Shown here in pieces: positions 6,719 through 17,035 of a stretch of 64,000 bases of DNA; within the stretch, counting starts at the first letter, position 1; each line of letters starts with the position of its first letter. The notes beneath the pieces are model-generated. The model was given only the letters and a program-made list of their open reading frames with translations, did not search any database and was not told the origin of the DNA. Source of the stretch: Candidatus Kaiserbacteria bacterium RIFCSPHIGHO2_01_FULL_46_22 (GTDB taxonomy: Bacteria; Patescibacteriota; Minisyncoccia; Phycocordibacterales; UBA918); contig MFKO01000008.1 in NCBI GenBank assembly GCA_001779595.1, positions 86,869 to 150,868 on the forward strand, written 5' to 3'. The translations under genes were made by a program, and so were the position numbers.

Positions 6719-7510
6719 TTAAAGGGATATTTCTATGGAGACTGGACAATGATCTGAACCAAATACATCTGGATGAATGGCGGCTTTTTTGATCAACGAA
6801 CTAAGATTTTTGTCCGCCATCACATAATCAATACGCCAACCTACATTTCGTTCTCGAGCTTGAGCGAAGTGTGACCACCAAGTGTAATTCCCATTGTCTT
6901 GATTGAACAAACGAAAAGTGTCTACGAAGCCAGCAGACAGCATATTTTCGATACCTTTACGTTCTTCTTCGGTGAAACCCTTCTTCCCTTTGTTCTCTTT
7001 TGGACGGGCGAGATCCAGTTCGGTATGTGCCACGTTGAGATCACCGCAAAAAATGACTGGTTTCTCACTTTGCAGCTGTTTCATATATGTAAGGAACGCC
7101 GCGTCCCAACGTTCCCGGACCGGCAGGCGAGACAGGTCGTCTTTGGCATTTGGGGTATAGACCGAGGTAACGAAAAAAGTCTCGAATTCTAGAGTGGTAA
7201 CCCGACCTTCACTGGCGCTGTCACCGTAAGAATCCTTTAAATCAAAGGCTTTTTTGATATCTTCAGGCAAACCTCTACGCTCGGACTCCGGTGCTATTTT
7301 AGTGAAAATAGCCGTGCCGGAGTAGCCTTTTTTGTCGGCCGAGTTCCAGTATTCGTCATATTCCGGAAGATCTACCTCGCTCTGGCCTTGTTCGGCCTTG
7401 GTTTCTTGAAGGCAAAGGATGTCCGGCTGATGTTTCTCAATAAACGGGACAAAAAGCCCTTTCTTGTGCACTGCTCGTATACCATTCACATTCCAAGAGT
7501 AGATTTTCAT
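6719..7510 (-). CDS. xth: Exodeoxyribonuclease III (AP endonuclease, ExoIII/APE1 family)
   Basis: The N-terminus MKIYSWNVNGIRA...DILCLQETK, the central FCGDLNV motif and the C-terminal SDHCPV match the family. The start is an ATG. Confidence 0.9.
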   Translation of the reverse strand: MKIYSWNVNGIRAVHKKGLFVPFIEKHQPDILCLQETKAEQGQSEVDLPEYDEYWNSADKKGYSGTAIFTKIAPESERRGLPEDIKKAFDLKDSYGDSASEGRVTTLEFETFFVTSVYTPNAKDDLSRLPVRERWDAAFLTYMKQLQSEKPVIFCGDLNVAHTELDLARPKENKGKKGFTEEERKGIENMLSAGFVDTFRLFNQDNGNYTWWSHFAQARERNVGWRIDYVMADKNLSSLIKKAAIHPDVFGSDHCPVSIEISL

Positions 7511-7613
7511 AAAGGCATTTTAACATTTCTTAGTAACGCTGTGCCGGGATAGGTATGCATTTCTTAATTCCAAGGTTGAATTTGTTATAGTAGAGGTCAC
7601 TGAAGCTAAACAT

Positions 7614-8933
7614 ATGCAAAAAAATAAGTTCATTTTCTACAACCTGCTAGCAAATTCTGCCCTTGCGACTATCACCAACGCTTTTGTCTGGTTCGCTTTG
7701 ACCTTCTGGGCATTTCTCACTACCGAATCCGTACTAGTAACCTCCTTTATTGCAGGTACTTTCGCGGTATTCAATATGCTTTGTGCCTTTCTGTTCGGCA
7801 GCATCGTGGACCGTTATCGCAAACATACAGCCATTATCCTTTCGAACGTATTGTCACTAGTGGCTTACATCATCGGCGCCGGTTTCTTTTTTCTGACACC
7901 TCGGGAGGTGTTTGCCGATCCAAGTTCTCCAGAACTATGGATTTTGATTGTTATCTTGATTGTAGGAAGTGTTGCTGGCAACCTGCGTACTATTGCGCTA
8001 GTGACCTTGGTGCGAGGATTGTTTGAAGAGGACCGAGACAAGGCAAACGGAATGATTGGTGCAATGAATGGACTGAGCTTCTCAGTCACTTCAGTATTGA
8101 GTGGCCTGGCGATTGGTTTTTACGGTATGGATGTCGCCCTCATCTGCGCACTCATCGCCACGGTCGTATCAATGCTCCACCTCTTTACTGTGAAGGTAGA
8201 GGAGCCGATCATTATTCATACTGAGGAAAAACCGAGCCATTTTGATTTTCGTGGCACCTTAGCAGCGATTACTTCGATGCCGGGACTTTTGGCCCTTATC
8301 TTTTTTACTACCTTCAACAATTTCCTCGGTGGAGTATTTATGGCATTGATGGATCCGTACGGTCTATCATTGGTCTCAGTGCAAACTTGGGGAATAATGT
8401 TTGCGTTCTTAAGTCTCGGCTTCATCGCCGGCAGCACTTACATTGCTAAATATGGTCTAGGCTCCCGACCACTGCGTAGATTGTTACTCGTAAACGTAGT
8501 GCTGTGGATCACTTGTATTTTTTTCACCATACAACCATCCATTATTTTGCTTGGTATAGGTATGTTGTTTTGGATGACTTTGGTGCCTTTTATTGAAGCC
8601 ACTGAACATACCGTTATGCAAGCTGTCGTACCGTACGAAAGACTCGGTCGGGTCATCGGCTTTGCACAAAGTGTTGAGTCAGCCGCGACACCAATTACAG
8701 CTTTCATGATCGGGCCGATCGCTCAACTAATTTTTATTCCGTTTATGACCACCGGGGCAGGCGTCGCATTGATAGGAGATTGGTTCGGAACCGGACAAGC
8801 ACGTGGTATTGCTCTGGTTTTCATCATTTCCGGATCAATCGGTTTGATAATGACTTTGTTGGCTTTCCGCTCTAGGTCATACCATCTCTTAAGCGATCAA
8901 TACGCCCTTACTTTGAAAAAAACGTCTGATTAG
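7614..8933 (+). CDS. MFS-type transporter, predicted to have about 12 TM segments
   Basis: The 439-aa product is highly hydrophobic with repeated TM segments, and its length and topology are typical of the major facilitator superfamily. The start is an ATG. Confidence 0.65.
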   Translation: MQKNKFIFYNLLANSALATITNAFVWFALTFWAFLTTESVLVTSFIAGTFAVFNMLCAFLFGSIVDRYRKHTAIILSNVLSLVAYIIGAGFFFLTPREVFADPSSPELWILIVILIVGSVAGNLRTIALVTLVRGLFEEDRDKANGMIGAMNGLSFSVTSVLSGLAIGFYGMDVALICALIATVVSMLHLFTVKVEEPIIIHTEEKPSHFDFRGTLAAITSMPGLLALIFFTTFNNFLGGVFMALMDPYGLSLVSVQTWGIMFAFLSLGFIAGSTYIAKYGLGSRPLRRLLLVNVVLWITCIFFTIQPSIILLGIGMLFWMTLVPFIEATEHTVMQAVVPYERLGRVIGFAQSVESAATPITAFMIGPIAQLIFIPFMTTGAGVALIGDWFGTGQARGIALVFIISGSIGLIMTLLAFRSRSYHLLSDQYALTLKKTSD

Positions 8934-9008
8934 GCACTAGTCTAGATTTGACTTTGAGTGACCGCACTGTAATCTGCTACCCCAGAGAACAATCGAAGGG
9001 GTATACAG

Positions 9009-9551
9009 ATGACAGAGGTCATTCTCACCATTGGTCCACAATACGCGGGCAAATCAACGTTCTGTAAAAAAGTTGTCGAGCTCAATCCGGACATTTACTT
9101 CGTAAGCAGGGATGATATCCTCATGGAGCTTTTCGGCACAGTGTGGCTTGGCTCGTACTCTGGTGGTCACCATATCGCTTACGAGATAATGTGGAAAAAA
9201 GCTAAGCGGCTGATCAAAAAGAAACCACGACTGCTAATCCTAGACTGCTGGAACGGTCCGACACGGGAGAGACTATGGATCACAGACCGACTAAAGAAAC
9301 TTGGGATCTCTAATGTTATAGGTTGGTACTTCGTGACTCCGTTCAATCAATGTGTCGAATGGAGTTTAGGGCGTGACCCTCCAAAGCATGAGCGGGAAAA
9401 AGAATGGCGGAAAATCGAGTTCAATCATATTTACAACGACTTCCACCGCCAATCCGTAGAAACAGAAAAAGGATTCCAAAATATCGTCAGGATCAATCCT
9501 TTGATAGATACGCCTGAGCAGATGGTGGAAAGGCTGAAGGTTTTGGTCTGA
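9009..9551 (+). CDS. P-loop NTPase/kinase, AAA_33 or zeta-toxin-like kinase fold
   Basis: A Walker A motif GPQYAGKST is present, followed by hydrophobic-D (LILD). It is an orphan gene between the MFS transporter and mltG. Confidence 0.5.
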   Translation: MTEVILTIGPQYAGKSTFCKKVVELNPDIYFVSRDDILMELFGTVWLGSYSGGHHIAYEIMWKKAKRLIKKKPRLLILDCWNGPTRERLWITDRLKKLGISNVIGWYFVTPFNQCVEWSLGRDPPKHEREKEWRKIEFNHIYNDFHRQSVETEKGFQNIVRINPLIDTPEQMVERLKVLV

Positions 9552-9597
9552 AAAAACTCGCGACTGGTGAGCTCGTCAATGACGGGCTCTTTTTTTA

Positions 9598-10683
9598 TCA
9601 GCGGCCTTGACCGTAAATTCTGCGGAGGTTAGCTACGTGCTCTTCATAGGTTGCTGAGCAAAAAAACTCATTGTCGTGATGGAAATAGAAAAGGCAATCG
9701 GTATTGACCGGATTTAAAGCGGCCACCACTGCTTCCAGTGACGGATTAGAGATCGGTGTTGGTGGTAAACCTTTGTTTTTGTAAGTGTTGTAAGGAGAGT
9801 TGATGTACTTATCGGCAGGTATGGGCACGGGCCACCAAGTCGATGTCTCTGGTCGACTGCCTTTGGCATATTGCAAAGTGGCATCAAGCTGAAGCGGCAT
9901 ATTGATGAAAAGACGATTCCAGATGACACCAGAAATCTCGCGCATATCCTCAAAATCGTAAGCTTCTCGTTCTAAAAGGGAAGCAATGATGAGTGCATCA
10001 GCCATAGGAAGGATGTCCTCAGCCCCGCTTTGATAACGATCTACTACCTCACCAGCAAAGCGTTCATTTACCAATTTAGATACCTCCTCTGGCGAAGCTC
10101 CTATACCCACTAAGTAGCGCTCGGGGTAAAATTTTCCCTCTGTTAAAACTGGTTCTTCAGCCGTGACAAGTGCAAGAAACTGAGCCCTTTCGTCCCGACT
10201 CCAGCCTAAAATATCACCGAAGTTTTTTGCCACTTCCTCTTTACGCTCTCCGGGGAAAATGACCAACAAACGACCTCCAGGAATGGCCATTTGATACCAA
10301 GAGGAGTTGGTTAACCGAGCCAAGAATTGTGCAAACCGTCCTTTAGGAATGAGTGACGGGAACTGCCAGCGCAAGCGTCCGGAATTGGCGAGGAAATTAT
10401 CAAGTGACGGATCTTCCTTTATTGTCTTGTTACTAGGATCAACACTGACAGGGAAGGGAGCGACTTTTTCTTCTGGTTCGCTGGCAGGAAAAGACAAGGT
10501 TGCGACCGTATAAACAGTCAACGCGGTAAAGAGGACTACTGTCAGAATTACTGCGCCGTACAAAAAACGTACAGCTAGACGAAATCGAACAGGAAAGACT
10601 GGACGTCTTAGATTGCGGAGCGCTCTGGTGTAGAGAATACGTTGTTGTACTTTGCGCCAAGCACGTTTAAATGAGCGTTTCAT
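9598..10683 (-). CDS. mltG: Endolytic murein transglycosylase MltG (YceG family)
   Basis: The YceG signature NSPYNTYKNKGLPPTPISNPSLEAVVAALNP follows an N-terminal TM segment. The track start is a TTG at 10707, and the ATG at 10683 is the likely start. Confidence 0.85.
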   Translation of the reverse strand: MKRSFKRAWRKVQQRILYTRALRNLRRPVFPVRFRLAVRFLYGAVILTVVLFTALTVYTVATLSFPASEPEEKVAPFPVSVDPSNKTIKEDPSLDNFLANSGRLRWQFPSLIPKGRFAQFLARLTNSSWYQMAIPGGRLLVIFPGERKEEVAKNFGDILGWSRDERAQFLALVTAEEPVLTEGKFYPERYLVGIGASPEEVSKLVNERFAGEVVDRYQSGAEDILPMADALIIASLLEREAYDFEDMREISGVIWNRLFINMPLQLDATLQYAKGSRPETSTWWPVPIPADKYINSPYNTYKNKGLPPTPISNPSLEAVVAALNPVNTDCLFYFHHDNEFFCSATYEEHVANLRRIYGQGR

Positions 10684-10936
10684 TGATGAATATATTTTAA
10701 CCCACAAACATTTTCAAATGCCTACCAAAACGGCGATTTACGTGTATAGAGGAACTACACTTGAATAAGTGGGCGGGGCGTGCTTTAATGATCAGGCAAA
10801 GCAGTTCTCCTTGGACCACTTTCAGTTCGCGCGAGCGCGGACGGTCGCGAAAGTCAAAAAGAAGGAACAGGTAGAAGAACTTTGTACGGGGTAGTGCTAA
10901 CGCATTACTCCGAGTTACAAAAATAAGCAGAGTAGA

Positions 10937-11134
10937 ATGACTGGAACTATCGCACGTCTAACTGACCGAGGTTTTGGCTTTGTTAAGCCAGATCAAGGAG
11001 ATAAAGACGTATTCTTTCACGCTCGTTCTCTCGTAGACGTCATGTATGACGACCTACGTGAGGGTGAAGCAGTCACTTTTGATGTTGAAGAGGGCCCAAA
11101 GGGTCCTTCAGCCATCAACGTGAAGCGCGCCTAA
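10937..11134 (+). CDS. cspA: Cold-shock DNA-binding domain protein
   Basis: The product RGFGFVKPDQGDKDVFFHARSL is a 65-aa CSD. It has a long (about 200 nt) untranslated leader and a strong terminator. Confidence 0.8.
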   Translation: MTGTIARLTDRGFGFVKPDQGDKDVFFHARSLVDVMYDDLREGEAVTFDVEEGPKGPSAINVKRA

Positions 11135-11145
11135 TAAAAGGCCGT

Positions 11146-11186
11146 AAACACTCCGCCCCCGCATTTATGCGGGGGCGGAGTGTTTT
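11146..11186 (+). terminator. Rho-independent terminator after cspA (aaacactccgccccc gcatttatgc gggggcggagtgtttt)
   Basis: A 15-bp GC-rich stem with a T-run was read directly. Confidence 0.7.
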
Positions 11187-11232
11187 AAATTTATGATACA
11201 ATGGCCAAGTTGCTAGTATTAAGAACAACTCT

Positions 11233-11958
11233 ATGAACGATGTAGTGAATGAAAACAGCAGTCGCGGTAATAATAAAAGCCTACTGATATTTTTTGTGCT
11301 GCTAGTTTTAGCTGCAGCCGGCATAGGTGCATGGTTTTATTTTGAAAAAGGCCCAGGCAGTCCGATGACGAACTCTGAAAATACAAATAATGAGGTAGTG
11401 GCACGAGTAAATGGGGTAGAAATTGATCGTGAAGCTTACGAACGCAGTCTCGAACAACTACGGGCCGCTTATACAGCTCAAGGAGTTGATGTATCAACCG
11501 CTACTTCTAGCGAGCTTTTGAAAGAACAGGCTGTAGAGGCCTTGGTTAACCGTCAGCTAATAGTAATGGCTGCCGAGGCGAAAGGGCTGACCGTTGAAGC
11601 GGCCGCCATTGATACTGAATACCAGAATGCTATCCAGGGTGCTGGCGGTAGCGAGGCATTCGCTGCAGCACTAGCTGCTTCCAACTTGTCTGAAGAAATG
11701 GTGCGGGCAGATATCGCAAACGGCTTACTGATTCAACAATACCTTTCAACTGAATTGCGTATTAATGAACTAACCGTGACAGATGCGGAAGTAGAGAGTT
11801 ACTACAACACCGTTAAGACCACCAACCCCGAAGTACCGCCTTTGGCTGAGGTCAGCGCGGCGATCCAGTCCCAGTTGCTAACTATGAAACGCGACGAGGC
11901 TGTAAATACCGCCCTACAATCCCTCCGAGCCAACGCCGAAATTGAAGTTTTGATCTAA
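11233..11958 (+). CDS. SurA N-terminal-domain chaperone-like protein, with a signal or TM anchor and no obvious PPIase domain
   Basis: An N-terminal TM segment is followed by VNGVEIDREAYERSLEQLRAAY, which resembles the SurA_N fold. A terminator hairpin at 11964-11993 follows. Confidence 0.5.
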   Translation: MNDVVNENSSRGNNKSLLIFFVLLVLAAAGIGAWFYFEKGPGSPMTNSENTNNEVVARVNGVEIDREAYERSLEQLRAAYTAQGVDVSTATSSELLKEQAVEALVNRQLIVMAAEAKGLTVEAAAIDTEYQNAIQGAGGSEAFAAALAASNLSEEMVRADIANGLLIQQYLSTELRINELTVTDAEVESYYNTVKTTNPEVPPLAEVSAAIQSQLLTMKRDEAVNTALQSLRANAEIEVLI

Positions 11959-12111
11959 ATTGCCAAAAAAGCGGCCTCGGGCCGCTTTTTTTGTGCTTAT
12001 TAGACCCATTCGTATAGGGAGTTGAAAAATTTCGAGATTATGCTATAGTGTTACCAACCTTCGCAGGTTATGACTCTGGTCTGCATATCTAGCAGACCCT
12101 TCATTTAAATT

Positions 12112-12378
12112 ATGTTAAGCAAACTTCAGAAACAGCGGGCCCTCAAAGATACTCGACGCCATGATGCTGATACCGGTTCACCGGAAGCACAGGTAAGTAT
12201 TTTGACTAAGCAAATCAACGCATTGTCCACACACCTGCGTCAAAACGCCAAAGACTTCCACTCACGTCGCGGCCTCCTACAGATGGTAGCTGATCGTCGT
12301 AAGCAGTTGCGTTACTTAGAGCGCAAGGACAAGAAGAGCTACGATGCTTTGATCAAAAAACTTGGTCTAAAGAAGTAG
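12112..12378 (+). CDS. rpsO: 30S ribosomal protein S15
   Basis: The S15 signature [29 protein letters not shown] is present in an 88-aa product. A leader hairpin ggtctgc-atatcta-gcagacc lies upstream. Confidence 0.95.
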   Translation: MLSKLQKQRALKDTRRHDADTGSPEAQVSILTKQINALSTHLRQNAKDFHSRRGLLQMVADRRKQLRYLERKDKKSYDALIKKLGLKK

Positions 12379-12479
12379 ATCGTTTAATTAGAAGGATGCG
12401 GCGGGGCCATAGGCCCCGCCGCTCTGTTATAGTTAACGCGAAGGTTGAATTTTAATAAAAGAACTCATTCAAATTTTAT

Positions 12480-13070
12480 ATGTCAGTTATTAGACATCCT
12501 GAACAACGGGTAGCTATCCTTATTGATACCCAAAACCTTTACCACAGTGCAAAAAATCTTTACCGTTCAAAGGTTAACTTTGGAGCCGTAGTAAAGACCG
12601 CGCTCCAAGACAGAAAGCTCATCCGTGCGCTTTCTTACGTAGTTAATACTGAAAGCGGGGAAGAGACAGCTTTCTTTGAAGCCCTCGAAAAACTTGGTAT
12701 AGAAATTAAGACCAAGGACTTACAGATTTTTTACGGTGGTGCAAAAAAGGCTGACTGGGACGTTGGCCTCGCTATCGACGCCATTAAGTTGGCCCACAAA
12801 GTTGATGCGATCGTGATCGCCAGTGGCGACGGCGACTTCGTACCTTTAGTTGAATACATCAAGTCACAAGGTTGTCAGGTGGAGGTGATCAGTTTTGGTC
12901 GCTCCTCATCTCAAAGACTGCGTGACAGCGTCGATGACTTTATCGATATGGACGAAAAACCAAAAGACTTCCTAATTGGTTACCGTGGTGGGACAAAGCC
13001 ACGCCGAACTGGAAACACTGAATCTGCTCCAGCCATCAAAACCGTTGGCAGCGACACGGACGATTTATAA
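12480..13070 (+). CDS. NYN-domain (LabA-like) protein
   Basis: The pattern VAILIDTQNLYHSAKN...DAIVIASGDGDFVPLVEY is the typical NYN/LabA PIN-like catalytic pattern. Confidence 0.75.
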   Translation: MSVIRHPEQRVAILIDTQNLYHSAKNLYRSKVNFGAVVKTALQDRKLIRALSYVVNTESGEETAFFEALEKLGIEIKTKDLQIFYGGAKKADWDVGLAIDAIKLAHKVDAIVIASGDGDFVPLVEYIKSQGCQVEVISFGRSSSQRLRDSVDDFIDMDEKPKDFLIGYRGGTKPRRTGNTESAPAIKTVGSDTDDL

Positions 13071-13169
13071 TTGTTTTAGGAACGATCAAAAAACGGTGCG
13101 GCCATTGTCCGCACCGTTTTTGTGTATGAACACGAAATCTATTTGCCATCGTATGCGATAATAAGCGAA

Positions 13170-14963
13170 ATGACGGGGGTTGTTTCCAAAATCAAACGGC
13201 TGCGCACTTTTAGCGGCGACGTTATGGACGCGCGGGGTGATTTGTCTGTGCCTGAAGAACCGATGCCGAAAGTGGTACCTGCTGTGAAGGCTCCACCGCT
13301 TATTACCGTTATGCCGCCAGTGACAAAAGTCACTCCACCTCCGCCACCACCTCCACCGAAACCTCTACCGCCGGTTGCTCTTGTTAAAAAGTCAGAGCCA
13401 GTGGTGACAATTGCTACTCCACCCGTCCAATCAGTACCGGTTTCACACAACCTGAACGAAGAATTATCTGCACTCAATAAAGTTACGCCATCTTCAATTC
13501 TTGCGGCGTCTCCTAATCGGATAGACGTTATGGAAGCTGAAAGCAGTGCCAGTGCAGGCAGTATAATCTCTGACCATAAAAACGACCGCTTTAATTTATT
13601 CTCTGCTACTTGGCAAGCGCTCAAGGAGTGGTTCGCTACGGAGCGTGAAGAATTCGAAAAAAAGCAAAGCGAAAAAGCCGCCGCCGTTCCTAAGGTTAGG
13701 CCAGTAGAAAGTCGAAAGGAGGTAGTATTGAAAGCAGCCAGCCAAAGTGCTTTGGCGCCAAAAGATGATTATCGTAAAGTTGTTTCGCAACACACCTCAC
13801 TGCCAGTAGAAAAACGATCTGCTCCTGAGGCTGTAGTGACTATTAAAAGTCGTGCTGCCGTTCCTGCCCCGAGCTGGTCACATTTTGAAGGGGAACCTCC
13901 TGCAGCAGCGACACCATCAGTACCTCCGCCATCACCGACACCGAAGCCGGTTGAACAAAAACCATTTACGCCGCCAGTTGCAGTCGTTATTCCTCCACCG
14001 GTCATTGAAAAACCAGTAGAGGTAGCGGCGGAGACAGTCATTACTCCGATTGAACCGAAACCAGTCGCACCAACACTACCTCCAGCAGAAGTACCTCTGT
14101 CTGCTGCAGTAGAAACTGTTGAAAAACCCGTCAGTGTTCCGTCTTATTCTCCAGAAGTTATTGAGGAGCCAGCTGTCGTACAAACTCAAAATACTGCACG
14201 AGAAGAAATCGCCCCATCACCCCAGGTTGCTACCCAAAAACCAATTCGCTTTGCCTCCGCTAAGCCATCGCCATTCCCAATTATTCGCATCGGCACTATC
14301 GCGGTGATGTCGATCATACTTGGTGTCAGTGCTTCACTGTGGTTATTTGGTGGCGGTAGTGAAGACAACCAAGAGATTGCAGGTCAAGAAGAGACAATCT
14401 CTTTGATCAGTGCCGATCAAAAAGTAGATGTACCGGTAACCAATGATCGTGACGAGTTTTTGGAGCAGATGACAGAAATATCTGTGCCGGTAGAAAATGC
14501 TGTTACTTTGTTGCGGCCGAGAATTGATCTTTCCGGAACAGCCTCTACGCCTCCGACCGCGACAGTGCTTCAGATTTTGAACCTAAGGTTGCCGGGTAGT
14601 TTCACACGTTCAATCGAAACGATTAACTTTGGTCGTTATAACGGACGGTCATTCATAGTTCTTCGCGTTACTTCCTTTGACGCTGGATTTTCTGGACTAT
14701 TGGAGGGCGAGACTTCTTTAATCAACGACCTACAGCCACTCTTCGGCAGTCCAGTTGAGGGCACTTTCGATCCATCCCTTCGAACCGTTGGGGGAGCAGG
14801 CGAACCGTTTTTTGTAGACAGTGCAGTGAAAAATCACGACGTGCGAATTCTGCGTGATGAACTGCAAAAGGAACGTCTGGTATACGGCTTTGTAAACCGC
14901 AACACGGTACTAATAGCGACAGACAGTGCAGTTTTTGCGGCCGCGGCAGACAAGATAAAGTGA
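13170..14963 (+). CDS. Proline-rich membrane-anchored hypothetical protein
   Basis: The product has a PPPPPPPPKPLPP tract, repeated PxP/VPPPxP segments and one TM segment (IIRIGTIAVMSIILGVSASLWLF). The track ORF 13122 (GTG) overlaps the upstream terminator, so the ATG at 13170 was chosen. Confidence 0.5.
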   Translation: MTGVVSKIKRLRTFSGDVMDARGDLSVPEEPMPKVVPAVKAPPLITVMPPVTKVTPPPPPPPPKPLPPVALVKKSEPVVTIATPPVQSVPVSHNLNEELSALNKVTPSSILAASPNRIDVMEAESSASAGSIISDHKNDRFNLFSATWQALKEWFATEREEFEKKQSEKAAAVPKVRPVESRKEVVLKAASQSALAPKDDYRKVVSQHTSLPVEKRSAPEAVVTIKSRAAVPAPSWSHFEGEPPAAATPSVPPPSPTPKPVEQKPFTPPVAVVIPPPVIEKPVEVAAETVITPIEPKPVAPTLPPAEVPLSAAVETVEKPVSVPSYSPEVIEEPAVVQTQNTAREEIAPSPQVATQKPIRFASAKPSPFPIIRIGTIAVMSIILGVSASLWLFGGGSEDNQEIAGQEETISLISADQKVDVPVTNDRDEFLEQMTEISVPVENAVTLLRPRIDLSGTASTPPTATVLQILNLRLPGSFTRSIETINFGRYNGRSFIVLRVTSFDAGFSGLLEGETSLINDLQPLFGSPVEGTFDPSLRTVGGAGEPFFVDSAVKNHDVRILRDELQKERLVYGFVNRNTVLIATDSAVFAAAADKIK

Positions 14964-14975
14964 TACAATTTAATT

Positions 14976-15338
14976 ATGAATACTGAACAATACAAAATCC
15001 GACTGGAGGCTGATTTGTCCGCTTTAAACAATGAGTTACGCTCTCTCGGCATTCACAATCCAGACGTGCCAGAAGATTGGGTCGAAAAAATGAACGACTC
15101 TGACACAGTAAGCGCAGACCCTAATGACGTAGCCGATCGAACAGAAGAGTACGACACACGTCGTGCCGAACTAGCTGCACTTGAAGGACGTTGGAATGAT
15201 GTGCGCGATGCACTGCAAAAGATAGAGGGTGGAAAATACGGTATCTGTGAAGTGTCCGGTGAGCCGATTGAAGAAGATCGACTAGAGGCTAACCCAGCGG
15301 CACGCACCTGCAAGGCACACATGAACGAAATCAATTAA
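14976..15338 (+). CDS. DksA/TraR-family protein (coiled coil plus a C-terminal zinc-finger-like region)
   Basis: The C-terminal segment GKYGICEVSGEPIEEDRLEANPAARTCKAH matches the DksA/TraR C4 region with partial Cys loss. Confidence 0.5.
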   Translation: MNTEQYKIRLEADLSALNNELRSLGIHNPDVPEDWVEKMNDSDTVSADPNDVADRTEEYDTRRAELAALEGRWNDVRDALQKIEGGKYGICEVSGEPIEEDRLEANPAARTCKAHMNEIN

Positions 15339-15478
15339 TATCGCGACCTGCTTCGTTAAACCTCGGTAAAATAACTCTCACTAAACGATGAAGTTCACTT
15401 CGAATTATTTTCCTCGCTTGCCTCGCATGTCATCGATCTTAATTAATTTCGATTAAAACTAAATTTGATTTATTAAGT

Positions 15479-16993
15479 ATGTCGATTGCCCGCATTCACA
15501 CTGCACAACCCGGAGTGCTGCGTGGCGACATTGTCACAATTGAAGCGGACCTCGCGAGAGGTCTGTATTCATTTGCCGTCGTCGGACTAGCCGGCAAAGC
15601 TGTGGAGGAAGCACGCGATCGTGTCAGTGCCGCAATCAAAAACTCTGGTTTCAAAAATCCAAAAAGTGAGAACCAGAAACTTGTCGTCTCCCTTGCGCCA
15701 GCCGATTTAAAGAAAGACGGACCACTCTTTGATTTACCGATCGCGATTGCTTATCTCTTTGCCTCTGGCACGCTAAAAGGCAACGTAGATAAAACTTTAT
15801 TTATTGGTGAGCTGTCATTAGACGGTACTCTTCGACCAGTACGCGGCGTGTTACCCGCCGTGGTGGCCGGTAAAAAAGCTGGTTTCACGGAGATTATAGT
15901 GCCTGAAGGAAATCAGACAGAAGCGGCTTTGGTTGAAGGCATTGTTGTCTATGGAGCAAAAACTCTGAGTGAAGTAATCGATCATATTGACCATAGTCGC
16001 GAGACCCATCAGTTGCTAAAGCCGGCGGAGGAAACAGAGCTATCCGGAGATTGGTTCGACACTCACATTCGTCTTGAAGACATCAAAGGACAAGAGAGTG
16101 CGAAACGTGGTCTCATTATAGCCGCTGCAGGACTACATAATATTTTGATGGCTGGACCACCCGGTACCGGCAAGACTATGTTGGCGCGGGCTTTCCAAGG
16201 ACTGTTGCCGCCGCTTTCACGGGAGGAGGCATTGGAGGTAACTGCCATCCACTCGCTTGTCGATGGTATGCGAGAAATCACTTCGGCACCTCCGTTTCGC
16301 ACACCTCACCACACCGCAAGTTATGTAAGTTTGGTCGGCGGCGGAACTTCACCACGACCAGGAGAAGTAACTCTTGCTCACCGTGGCGTGTTGTTTATGG
16401 ATGAATTTCCTGAATTCGATCGACGAACTCTGGATGCCCTGCGACAACCACTTGAAGATCGTGTCGTAAACATATCCCGCGTGAAGGGAAGTGAATGTTT
16501 TCCTGCAGATTTTGTTTTGGTCGCAGCTATGAATCCGTACCGGGGAACAGAGGACGGTAGCACAGACTACGCCGCATCAATGATGAGCACTTACAAAGGA
16601 AAAATATCTGGGCCGATTCTTGATCGAATTGATCTATGGCTCAATGTACCGCACGTGGACTACGACACTCTAACCAATGTGCAAGAGGTTGGTGATGAAA
16701 CTAAACACGCCAGAGAACAAGTCTTTAAATCCCGCGAACGACAACGAAGGCGTTACAAAGACTGCATCGCCAACGTCAACTCTCGGTTATCCAGTCGCGA
16801 ACTCGAAGCTATGGTCCAGCTATCGAAGGAAATCAAAGAGACCCTCCGTCAGTCAGCGGCCAAACTCAACTTATCCCCGCGCTCGCTTCATCGCCTTATT
16901 AAAGTCTCACGCACTATTGCTGACCTAGAGGACTCTGATGAAATACTCACTCCGCACCTGCTTGAAGCGTTACAGTATCGCGTCAAACTTTAA
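15479..16993 (+). CDS. comM: YifB/ComM-family Mg-chelatase-like AAA+ ATPase
   Basis: The Lon-like N-terminal domain (GLAGKAVEEARDRVSAAIKNSGF) and the Walker A motif MAGPPGTGKTMLAR are present. The 504-aa length is typical. Confidence 0.9.
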   Translation: MSIARIHTAQPGVLRGDIVTIEADLARGLYSFAVVGLAGKAVEEARDRVSAAIKNSGFKNPKSENQKLVVSLAPADLKKDGPLFDLPIAIAYLFASGTLKGNVDKTLFIGELSLDGTLRPVRGVLPAVVAGKKAGFTEIIVPEGNQTEAALVEGIVVYGAKTLSEVIDHIDHSRETHQLLKPAEETELSGDWFDTHIRLEDIKGQESAKRGLIIAAAGLHNILMAGPPGTGKTMLARAFQGLLPPLSREEALEVTAIHSLVDGMREITSAPPFRTPHHTASYVSLVGGGTSPRPGEVTLAHRGVLFMDEFPEFDRRTLDALRQPLEDRVVNISRVKGSECFPADFVLVAAMNPYRGTEDGSTDYAASMMSTYKGKISGPILDRIDLWLNVPHVDYDTLTNVQEVGDETKHAREQVFKSRERQRRRYKDCIANVNSRLSSRELEAMVQLSKEIKETLRQSAAKLNLSPRSLHRLIKVSRTIADLEDSDEILTPHLLEALQYRVKL

Positions 16994-17035
16994 CCATGCG
17001 AACAGTTATCTTTAGAGTTTTCTCAATTCGTCCGG

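Noticed and set aside
13139-14041. Gly-rich antisense ORFs (13139..13624, 13769..14041 on the minus strand)
   Set aside because: They are mirror images of the Pro-rich codons (CCN/GGN) of the proline-rich gene on the plus strand, which is an artefact of composition.
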